Shown here one piece after another: positions 31,438-39,820 of a DNA stretch of 64,000 bases. Every line of letters begins with the position of its first letter. The first letter of the stretch is position 1. Both the position numbers and the translations under genes were made by a program. The notes beneath the pieces were generated by a model, which had not been told where the DNA came from, searched no databases, and saw only the letters and a list, made by a program, of their open reading frames with translations. The DNA comes from an uncultured bacterium (GTDB lineage: Bacteria; Babelota; Babeliae; Babelales; JABCYS01). The stretch spans positions 1 to 64,000 of the forward strand of contig CAVPKK010000001.1 of the NCBI GenBank assembly GCA_963705705.1, written 5' to 3'.

Positions 31438-33104
31438 TGCTGCTTCTTTTTTTCTTTCTCTTCTCTCGCACGCTGTGCAGCCTTTTGTTTTTCCTCTTGT
31501 TCGGCATGGGCTCGGGATGCCGCCAATCCAATTTGCAAGGCTGTTTCTTCCTGTTCAGCTAGTAGCTCAGAAACCATCTTTTGTGCTTTTGCTTTGTTGA
31601 TCAAAGATCTAAGATTCCTACTTGCAGCACTTAAATATTCTATAGCACGTGGAATATCCTTCTGCACTCCATTGCCTTGTGCATACATCATGCCCAGATA
31701 AAACTGAGCATTGGCTCGAGCTTGGGGACTTGCTGTCTGGTTTAATGCCTTTTCAAAATGTTTCTTTGCTATCACATAATTTGGTGGCATTCGCGCGCCC
31801 AGCAAATTAATGCCTTCGTACGCAATTTCCCCAAGACGCCATTCAGCTTCTGCCTGAATTTTGGGGTTTACTGTCTGGTTGGCGGCTTCAGTTAAATATT
31901 GCAGAGCAGTTGCAGTATTTTTAACTACTCCATACCCATGAAGAAATAATTCTCCTAGCCAGCCGTTCGCAATAGCTCGCGCGTTCTGATTTACCGTCTG
32001 ATTGGCTGCTCGGCCAAAATAATCTAAAGCTTGCGCATAATCATGGCGCCGCTCAAATATCAGCCCAAGACTTACCTGAACGCCAGCCCGCGTAAGAGGG
32101 TCTGTTTCAAGACTATTTGCAGCTCTTATCATTGCTGCCTCCATACTTTCAACTGGCATTGGCTGAGGGTGCGGTTGCGGCTCAGGTATCATAGGCTGCT
32201 GCGGCAGTAATACCTCTTGAACATAAGGCTTTGGCGCTGGCACAAATTCGCCGGCAGCTCGTTCTTCTGCTTCTTTCTTCCGCGTCGCATCCATGTTTTG
32301 ATAGCGATCAACTATTAATCTTGTTTCTGGATCAGTAATAAAATCAGCTTCTGAGAAGGCATATTGGAATCCAGCTTCGGGATTTTTTGGTTCATAAATA
32401 AAATATTGAACCTTGCCCTCTATTGGCATCCGATTAAGCGGATTATTCGTTTCCTTAATTACCAATGGCCCAGATAAAGGATAATTTGGCCCAAAGCGCA
32501 TGGTATTGTAGGTATAAGCATCGTAATAATGAACAAACAGTGGACCGCCAGCCCGTTCACGGGTAACTACACGGACCAAAATCATTGGATCATTGTGCTC
32601 TTTTTGGCGATCTAATAATTCGCCATAAGATTCTGTAGTAAGAGGTTCATCTTCAGTAAGCACAATCTCTTCAGGCTTGCCTCGTATCAGACCGCTTACG
32701 CGCACTGGAATTGCAGTAATTGCTGGCTTGGGTGCTGCAGCCGCTGGTTGTTCTGGAGCCAGAGGCTGTTGTGGAACCGCTGGTTTTTCTGGGGTAACCG
32801 GCCGTACCACCGTAGCTGCCTGTTCCTTTTCCTCGGGGGCTGGTTTCTTGCCTGCCATTCCCAATATGCCGATATAATGCTCGAGGGTTAATGCTTGCGG
32901 CTCGCCGCCAGCTTCTCGTAAATGAATAATTAGATCTTCAACTTCTTTACGCAAGCGAGGATCGATTTTAGCAAACCGCAACGTTCGCAGCATGGCTGTA
33001 TATTGCTTCTCCAAGTTTTGAGGCAACTTTGGAAATGCAGGTTCGCTTGTTGCGCAGAGTTGGCTTGCGATAAATAGATTCAGAAATAGATATTTGAGCT
33101 TCAT
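31434..33104 (-). CDS. Secreted protein: U-box-like domain, Sel1 repeats, UIM-like helix
   Basis: LGELFLHGYGVVKN, LGMMYAQGNGVQKD; close paralog of 29451. Confidence 0.85.
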   Translation of the reverse strand: MKLKYLFLNLFIASQLCATSEPAFPKLPQNLEKQYTAMLRTLRFAKIDPRLRKEVEDLIIHLREAGGEPQALTLEHYIGILGMAGKKPAPEEKEQAATVVRPVTPEKPAVPQQPLAPEQPAAAAPKPAITAIPVRVSGLIRGKPEEIVLTEDEPLTTESYGELLDRQKEHNDPMILVRVVTRERAGGPLFVHYYDAYTYNTMRFGPNYPLSGPLVIKETNNPLNRMPIEGKVQYFIYEPKNPEAGFQYAFSEADFITDPETRLIVDRYQNMDATRKKEAEERAAGEFVPAPKPYVQEVLLPQQPMIPEPQPHPQPMPVESMEAAMIRAANSLETDPLTRAGVQVSLGLIFERRHDYAQALDYFGRAANQTVNQNARAIANGWLGELFLHGYGVVKNTATALQYLTEAANQTVNPKIQAEAEWRLGEIAYEGINLLGARMPPNYVIAKKHFEKALNQTASPQARANAQFYLGMMYAQGNGVQKDIPRAIEYLSAASRNLRSLINKAKAQKMVSELLAEQEETALQIGLAASRAHAEQEEKQKAAQRAREEKEKKKQQ

Positions 33105-33303
33105 GCTGTCCCTTTTTTTACCAAATATAGTTTTTCGTGCTTATGCTCATGAAAAATATAGTTGATTGGGAACCATAAAAACAAGAGTTTTTATTTACAG
33201 GACAACAAAATTGATTGTTTTGGGGGGCGAGTTAACGTATTTATTAAGATTCGCTCTTTTTCTTAGCCGCTTTTTCTTCCATGCGCTTAATCTCAAAGTT
33301 TAA
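33102..33303. repeat. Duplicated block (USP 3' end + promoter + RBS), copy of ~34931-35123
   Basis: CTTAGCCGCTTTTTCTTCCATGCGCTTAATCTCAAAGTTTAA, TAAAAACAAGAGTTTTTA and TTTTCGTGCTTATGCTCA occur in both spacers. Confidence 0.85.
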
Positions 33304-33340
33304 ACAATTGATAATCTGATGTTTCCATAAGAATATGAAA

Positions 33341-34933
33341 CTATTGCAATGAACAACAGGTATTTTGTCCTCTTTGCCTCAAGTATCCATCTTCCTCATC
33401 TGATTCTATTTCTGGTGGTGGTTGAGAAGGCTGCGGCAACAACACTCCTCGACGAGATCTTTGTTCTTTTTCCTTCTGTTCGGCTAAAGTTTTCGATTCA
33501 GCTATGGCTCTTTTGAGTGTTGTTTCGTCTTGCTGTTCATGCATTTGACGATTTATCGAAGCGAGTACTTTTGTAGCCTCACGTTGAGCATATCCCCTTC
33601 TAACCCATCCACTCTTGAGGGCAGCATCTAAATATTCATGGGCTAAGCCCTTATCACGTAGCACAGCGTAGCCATTATAGTACATAAATCCAAGATAGAT
33701 TTGGGCATTTGCCCGCGCCTGAGGGCTCGCTAGTTGATGTAATGCTTTTTCAAAATAGCGTCTTGCCACTACATAATCGGGTGCCACTCTGATAGACGGT
33801 TCTTGGTGCGTATCTATATAGCCGTTATAATTAATTTCGCCAAGCCGCCATTCAGATTCGGCTTTCGCTTTAGGATCGACAATCTGATTTGCTGCATTTT
33901 TAAAATAACCTATCGCTTTTCTCATATGTTGAGGCACACCTTGTCCAAATAAGTAAATTTCCCCCAGCCATCCTTGGGCAATAGCTCGAGCATCAGGATT
34001 TACAGTTTGATTTTCGGCCAGCTCATAATATTCTCGCGCTCGTGCATAGTCTTCGTGGCGATAATAAATGCCAGCAAGCTGTGTTTGTAAATTTGCTCGA
34101 ACAAATGGATCTTCTGTTGCGTCTATCAACCCATGCAAGGCGGCGATTTCAAAATCCTCATTGGGAAGCGTTTGCGGTCGAGGTTGCACTGCGCGTTGTG
34201 GCTGAGGTTCCCCGTGGAATCTGGGGCCTGGTTCTTGCCGATACGGTATTGATTCAGGCACCCGTTCTCCAGAGACATGCTCATAAGCCTCTTTCTTTCG
34301 ACTCGCGTCAATATTTTGGTTCTCATCAACAACTAATCTGATTTGAGGATTCTTTATAAAATCAGATTCCGAGAAGGCATATTGAAATCCATTCACTGGT
34401 TCTTTAGGATTATAAATAAAGTATTGGACTTCGATTATTGGTTCATTATTTAGTGGATCATCAATATGAACTATATTTAAAGATCCCGATAAGGAATAAT
34501 TTCGACCAAAGCGCCATACATTGAATGAATAGGCGTCGAAATAATGGACGAATGATTTATTATCAGCGGGATTATACGTGACTACGCGAGCCAGAATCAT
34601 CTGCTTATTATGTTCCTTTTGCCTTTCCAATAATTCACCGTAGGTTTCTGCGGTTAGCGGCTCGGTATCCTCAAGATTGATGCTTTCAGGTTTTCCTCGA
34701 ATTAAAGGACTTACCTGCACCGGGATAATTTGTGCCTTAACCTCGGGAGCTGCTGAGATTGTTGGCTGTTCTGGCATTGCGGGCATAAGCTGCGAAGCTT
34801 GCGCGGCTCGTTTTTTTTCTTCTTCCTTAGTCATTTCTTTCTTAATTAGCAATTTTGGCATTGGAGGTGGCGCACTTGTAGCGCAAAGTTGGCTTGCTAT
34901 GACTAGATTTAGAAATACACAGATGAGCTTCAT
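33341..34933 (-). CDS. Secreted protein: U-box-like domain, Sel1 repeats, UIM-like helix, C-terminal CaaX (CCSLQ)
   Basis: LGEIYLFGQGVPQH, LGFMYYNGYAVLRD; DETTLKRAIAESK; ends NTCCSLQ. Confidence 0.85.
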   Translation of the reverse strand: MKLICVFLNLVIASQLCATSAPPPMPKLLIKKEMTKEEEKKRAAQASQLMPAMPEQPTISAAPEVKAQIIPVQVSPLIRGKPESINLEDTEPLTAETYGELLERQKEHNKQMILARVVTYNPADNKSFVHYFDAYSFNVWRFGRNYSLSGSLNIVHIDDPLNNEPIIEVQYFIYNPKEPVNGFQYAFSESDFIKNPQIRLVVDENQNIDASRKKEAYEHVSGERVPESIPYRQEPGPRFHGEPQPQRAVQPRPQTLPNEDFEIAALHGLIDATEDPFVRANLQTQLAGIYYRHEDYARAREYYELAENQTVNPDARAIAQGWLGEIYLFGQGVPQHMRKAIGYFKNAANQIVDPKAKAESEWRLGEINYNGYIDTHQEPSIRVAPDYVVARRYFEKALHQLASPQARANAQIYLGFMYYNGYAVLRDKGLAHEYLDAALKSGWVRRGYAQREATKVLASINRQMHEQQDETTLKRAIAESKTLAEQKEKEQRSRRGVLLPQPSQPPPEIESDEEDGYLRQRGQNTCCSLQ

Positions 34934-35060
34934 GTTGCCCTTTTTTTACAAAATATTGTTTTTTCGTGCTTATGCTCACGAACAATATATTTGATTGGGC
35001 TACCTAAAAACAAGAGTTTTTACTTATAGGGCAACAAAATTGGGTGTGTTTGAACGTATT

Positions 35061-36758
35061 TTATTGAGGTAAGCTCTTTTCCTTAGCCGCTTTTTCTTCC
35101 ATGCGCTTAATCTCAAAGTTTAAGCGGCGGATATCGCGAACAGCTTTTTTGGCAGCCTCACCTGTTCCTTGTGCGGCAATCTTTGCTTGTTCAAGTTCCG
35201 CCCGCAATTGGCCAAGTTCATCCTTAGGTAGCGGGACTAATTCTGCAGGTTTCTCAACTTTTTTCGGTTGCTCTATCTCAGCAACTACCGGTTGTTCCAC
35301 GATTCTAGCCGGTTGTCCTTCAGGAGCTTCATTTTCTGAAGGAGGAGCAGACGGGATTGGTAATTGGCTAGGTATAATGACTTTACCCCTTTTTTCTTTT
35401 TCCTCTTCTGGCATTTTCATTTTTGGCACTGATGATGCCTCTTCCTCTTCTTTTTCTGCCGCTTCTTTCTTTTCTACTTCTTCCGCTTCATAGATCAAAA
35501 TGTATGGAAGGGCATTTTCCCGCACAAATCCTTTTTTCTCAAGATCTTTCATTTCGCCAATAGTTTTATGATCTATTTCTTTATCATCATTGGTATAAAA
35601 CCAGCCGGCTGTCGGAGTGCGCACGTACGCAACATAATGCCCGCCTTCGCCGGTGCCAAGATGGCAAATAGCAGCATTAAGCCGATACATGCCACTGCTT
35701 TTGATTTCAGGATCTTGATATTTCTTAATAGACCATCGCAAGGGAATAGAAATTTTGCTATCAATGCGCGCTGAACGATAAACCACCCTTTCCTCTTTCT
35801 CAACTTTTTCTGTTTTGGCAGCGATTTTACTGGCAGGAGCTTTCTTTATTGCTTCCTTTTCTTTTCCCTTTTCTTCAGCTTCTTTCTTAGGAACCTCTAC
35901 CTCAATAACAGTCGGAACACTTTCTGTTCTTTTTATAAGGACTACCAGTTGCTGTGGCGGATGAACAATGATCGTATGTTCATCGAAATAACGATCAGTC
36001 AGCGTAGTCAATGTAAACATGGAACCGGTTTGCCGCAGATCAGGCGGTATGGCCAATAAAAGTTCGTATTGATCTTCGGCCCGGCGAACTCCTTCAGACT
36101 GCGTTTTAAAATTAAATAATGTGTCTGGCAAAAAATCTTTTGCAGTCCCGCCAGTTGATTCAAAATTTTCAAGCCCGTTACGAAAAGCATTAAGCAAGGA
36201 ACGAATAAATTCATCAGGATCGCCTTGCCTATATACCGGCCTACCTTCTTTAGTTATTGATATTGGCGGATTGATGGTATCGTATGCAGCCAATAACATA
36301 TCGTCACTTATAGCATTTCCACGCATTTGTTTAAATACTTCGATAAAGTTAAGTGCCGTTTGATTCCCTTCATAGATTGCTTCATGAGCAAATAAAAAAT
36401 TAATCAATGGCTGTATATCATATAAGGCTTGAAGAGCGCCGTTCATAAAACATACGTTGTTAGGATTTGGTAAAGAAACCGGCTCTCCCTCAACGCGCAA
36501 TCCGAATTGCTTTTTTATCAATATCCGCAGCTTATTTTGATCGTACATACCGCTATATACATCCCAGGCTTGTTGAAGCAAAGGCTCATAAAAAGCCTTC
36601 AAAACATCTTCAGATAGATTAGGCAACATAGAGCGAACAATTACTCTTGCTTCAGCTTTTTGCTGTTGGGTGGGTTGTGCCGGTTTGGGAGCTGCACGTT
36701 TTCCATAACATGGTGCCGCTAAGAATAAGATGAGCAGTACATTTGAAATCTTCATCAT
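35061..36758 (-). CDS. Secreted USP-family (peptidase C19) deubiquitinase
   Basis: Cys box LPNPNNVCFMNGALQAL; QGDPDEFIRSLL; His box YRLNAAICHLGTGEGGHYVAYVR...WFYTNDD; PYILIYE; signal peptide. Confidence 0.9.
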   Translation of the reverse strand: MMKISNVLLILFLAAPCYGKRAAPKPAQPTQQQKAEARVIVRSMLPNLSEDVLKAFYEPLLQQAWDVYSGMYDQNKLRILIKKQFGLRVEGEPVSLPNPNNVCFMNGALQALYDIQPLINFLFAHEAIYEGNQTALNFIEVFKQMRGNAISDDMLLAAYDTINPPISITKEGRPVYRQGDPDEFIRSLLNAFRNGLENFESTGGTAKDFLPDTLFNFKTQSEGVRRAEDQYELLLAIPPDLRQTGSMFTLTTLTDRYFDEHTIIVHPPQQLVVLIKRTESVPTVIEVEVPKKEAEEKGKEKEAIKKAPASKIAAKTEKVEKEERVVYRSARIDSKISIPLRWSIKKYQDPEIKSSGMYRLNAAICHLGTGEGGHYVAYVRTPTAGWFYTNDDKEIDHKTIGEMKDLEKKGFVRENALPYILIYEAEEVEKKEAAEKEEEEASSVPKMKMPEEEKEKRGKVIIPSQLPIPSAPPSENEAPEGQPARIVEQPVVAEIEQPKKVEKPAELVPLPKDELGQLRAELEQAKIAAQGTGEAAKKAVRDIRRLNFEIKRMEEKAAKEKSLPQ

Positions 36759-36826
36759 TGTCCTTTTAAAATTTTCCGGGTCTTCTTTCCAACTATACAA
36801 AATTATAGATGCGATCAGCAAGATTC

Positions 36827-37597
36827 TTAGACTAAAAGGGTAGAATCATCCTCTAATTCATAATCTTCGAATTTTATTAGGCTAACTTCCTTTTGATGCT
36901 TAGCAAACCAATCTTCTATGCCTTGTGTATGTTCTTCGATCCAAGCAAGAGCCTCCTTCTTGTCTTGTTCAAATGCAATCTCCCAAGACGATTGCGTTCC
37001 GCATTTAAAACAACAGTTGTCACAAGCATGTTCTGATTTATATGACATTTGAACTAAAGCTTCATCATGCCCAAGCAAACGCCTGATTAAATATTCATTA
37101 GCAACCGATAGTTTTTTTGCTTTAAAAATCAACAACGCCTCAATCCCACCCTGTGGCGTAAAAAAAAGCATATTTGATCTATTGGACTTGTCTTCATGGT
37201 AGCTCATATAGGAAAAGTGTAATTCTGCAAGCAATTTTTCCATATTTTTATCGCCATTTAACATCGTGTTAAATAGTTTGGCATCTTCCTCCTGATCAGG
37301 CATCCATACATTTTTATAACCTGTTATCATATGCGCAAGCACAGACTCAATGCCACCCTTTTTTACTGCTCCTGCATTAAGATTTTCTGCTTCGCATACG
37401 AGTGCTCTGCAAAGTTCCATACTTGGCTCATAGGTATTAATGAGTCGCCAGAAGGGGCGTCTGGCACTTTCAGAAAGTTGCGTTGACATAGCGCGGAAGC
37501 GTGCTTCATCCTTTGGCGTCCTTGGCGAAGGGGAGACCCTCGTTGCTTGCAAAGAAATTATGGGTGAAAAAATGATGAGAAGAAAGAAACGATTCAT
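36827..37597 (-). CDS. Secreted hypothetical protein, ~250-aa family copy 2
   Basis: Paralog of 25675 and 41923. Confidence 0.8.
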   Translation of the reverse strand: MNRFFLLIIFSPIISLQATRVSPSPRTPKDEARFRAMSTQLSESARRPFWRLINTYEPSMELCRALVCEAENLNAGAVKKGGIESVLAHMITGYKNVWMPDQEEDAKLFNTMLNGDKNMEKLLAELHFSYMSYHEDKSNRSNMLFFTPQGGIEALLIFKAKKLSVANEYLIRRLLGHDEALVQMSYKSEHACDNCCFKCGTQSSWEIAFEQDKKEALAWIEEHTQGIEDWFAKHQKEVSLIKFEDYELEDDSTLLV

Positions 37598-37732
37598 CGC
37601 GCTCTTGCCCTAGTTGAATGAGATCATACTAATACAATAGGGCATTTACATGCAGATAAGCAATAATTTAATGAGTTGAGCAGGTTTCTTTGTTCAGGAT
37701 AGATCTGAATTGAAAGGCTTTAAGAAGTAGAA

Positions 37733-37754
37733 AGGGGAGCCATTTGGCTCCCCT
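37733..37754 (-). terminator. Rho-independent terminator
   Basis: AGGGGAGCC-loop-GGCTCCCCT, then T-rich sequence on the minus strand. Confidence 0.7.
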
Positions 37755-37763
37755 GTAGAATTA

Positions 37764-38018
37764 TTAGCGACGGCATTGGCCGTTAACGCAAGCTGGCTTT
37801 TTAACGCCGTTTTGGGTTGTATTCCCAGCGGCTTTATTTGCCTTACGACCGTGGCCTTTGCCATGGTTCTTGCCGTGGCAGCGTTTACCTTGGCCATTTG
37901 CTGTTTGGGCAGTTTTGCCTTTTCCAGCATGATGGCTGTGCTTATGACCAGCAAAAACTGGGGTAGCAGCTACTAAAGCTAACACTGATAAAAGTGAAAG
38001 AATGTTCTTTCTTAACAT
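37764..38018 (-). CDS. Small secreted His/Lys/Gly-rich basic protein
   Basis: Signal peptide MLRKNILSLLSVLALVAATPVFA; GGAG RBS; terminator downstream. Confidence 0.75.
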   Translation of the reverse strand: MLRKNILSLLSVLALVAATPVFAGHKHSHHAGKGKTAQTANGQGKRCHGKNHGKGHGRKANKAAGNTTQNGVKKPACVNGQCRR

Positions 38019-38247
38019 ATTTAGACTCCATTTAAATAATAGGGTTAAAGGATGATTTCATAATACATATAGAATTAGGGGGCGCAAAAGGTGGGGGGTG
38101 GGGTAAATCCAGACAAATTGTCAGAAAATGACTAAACTGCCCGTTCCCCGAAAGGCTCTTTCGACCCCGAACTCCCTTAAAAGGAACTCTGGTGGCCTAT
38201 TTACCATCAGGGATGATGAAAACGAAAATTTGGAAGACAATACTATC

Positions 38248-39798
38248 ATGATCACTAGTTGGCTGACCCTCGTACCCCCATTGGCGGTGTTATTTCTCGC
38301 CCTTATTACCAAAAAAATTGTACCTGCCCTTTTGTCGGGCATTGTTGTTGCAGCTCTTATAGTTTCCCATTGGGCACCTTTGGCAGCCGTTGAACTTGTG
38401 GCAACTAAAGTTTACGGGGTGGCAACAGACATTGATAATTTATTAATGTTTGGGTTTTTGCCCGTTCTTGGCACCCTGATTATGTTGGTTAAACATACGG
38501 GCGGTGCGCAGGCATGGGTTCATTTGATATCCAAGAAGGTTCACACAAAAAAACGTGTTGAATTAGCTACGCTTGGTTTTTCGTCGCTTTTTTTCATGGA
38601 TGATTATTTTAATACGTGGACGGTTGGCCCAGTAATGCATCCTTTAACAGATCGTTACGGGATTGCTCGCGCGAAATTAGCATTCTTTATTAATATGTTA
38701 GCGCCAAGCTTGGCAATTATTTTTCCGGTCTCAAGCTGGGTTGCAGTAATTCTTGGTCAGATGGAACAATCAGGCATATCAACGCAACCAAATGCTCTAA
38801 TTAAAAGTGATGCTTTTAGCATGCTCCTGCAGGTAATACCATTTATGTTTTATCCGATTATCGCGATTGCACTCACCTGGTTTATTGTCGCAGTAGGCAT
38901 TTCTTTTGGTCCCATGAAAGAACAAGAAGATATAGCCACCGAAGCGCATCACGAAATGCTGGTACCAGCCGGAAAAGGTACCGTTTGGGATTTCATTGTG
39001 CCACTCGGTGTGCTCATGATACTTTCGCCATCAGTCATTTTAGCAACTGGTGGTTACTGGTTATTTGGGGGATCGTACTCATTTCCTGATGCACTCAGCC
39101 ATGCCAATATTTTTAAAGCGTTACTGCTGAGCTCGGGCACCACTTTGCTTTTCACAACCATCTACTATAGCGTTATGGGCAAACTGACTGTGCGTGACTT
39201 TCTTACGCTTGCAAAAGAGGGTACTACAATGATGACCTCTTCTATTACGTTGCTCTTTCTCGCCTTTGTTTTTGGTAGCTTTTTACGTACCGATTTACCG
39301 GCAGGAAACTTCTTGGCTACAACCGGCATAGCTTCATTACCATTACCGCTATTACCTTTTATTTTCTATGCCATTGCTGCTTTCAGCGCAAGCGCTGTTG
39401 GCTCAGCTTGGGGTACTATCATGGTATTTTTCCCGGTAGCTGTACCAATGTTTGTAACTTTATACCATGCCACCCCGCCTGCTATTGCGGCATACCTACC
39501 ATTGCTTGCGCCAACCTTGGGCGCAATATTATCTGGTGCTGTGGTAGGAGCTCAAGTATCGCCAATCGCCGACAATGTAATAACCTCATCTCTTGCGACA
39601 GATACTAATGTTCTTTTGCATGTAAAAACGCAAATTCCGTATATCATTCCGGGCATTATCGCGACTGGTATTTCCTATTTGATTTCAGGATTTATGGTAC
39701 CGACCATGCCACTACTCGGCTGGCTGGTTTCATTAGTAACTGGACTTGCTCTTACGTTTGGCATGCTGCTTGTATTGAATGGACGAAAAATTAAATAA
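38248..39798 (+). CDS. Na+/H+ antiporter NhaC-family membrane protein
   Basis: FFMDDYFN...VG..MHPLTDRY.I.RAKLAF; GSAWGT; GAILSGAVVG..VSPIADN. Confidence 0.85.
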   Translation: MITSWLTLVPPLAVLFLALITKKIVPALLSGIVVAALIVSHWAPLAAVELVATKVYGVATDIDNLLMFGFLPVLGTLIMLVKHTGGAQAWVHLISKKVHTKKRVELATLGFSSLFFMDDYFNTWTVGPVMHPLTDRYGIARAKLAFFINMLAPSLAIIFPVSSWVAVILGQMEQSGISTQPNALIKSDAFSMLLQVIPFMFYPIIAIALTWFIVAVGISFGPMKEQEDIATEAHHEMLVPAGKGTVWDFIVPLGVLMILSPSVILATGGYWLFGGSYSFPDALSHANIFKALLLSSGTTLLFTTIYYSVMGKLTVRDFLTLAKEGTTMMTSSITLLFLAFVFGSFLRTDLPAGNFLATTGIASLPLPLLPFIFYAIAAFSASAVGSAWGTIMVFFPVAVPMFVTLYHATPPAIAAYLPLLAPTLGAILSGAVVGAQVSPIADNVITSSLATDTNVLLHVKTQIPYIIPGIIATGISYLISGFMVPTMPLLGWLVSLVTGLALTFGMLLVLNGRKIK

Positions 39799-39820
39799 TT
39801 TAAATATTGGATCTGGTATT

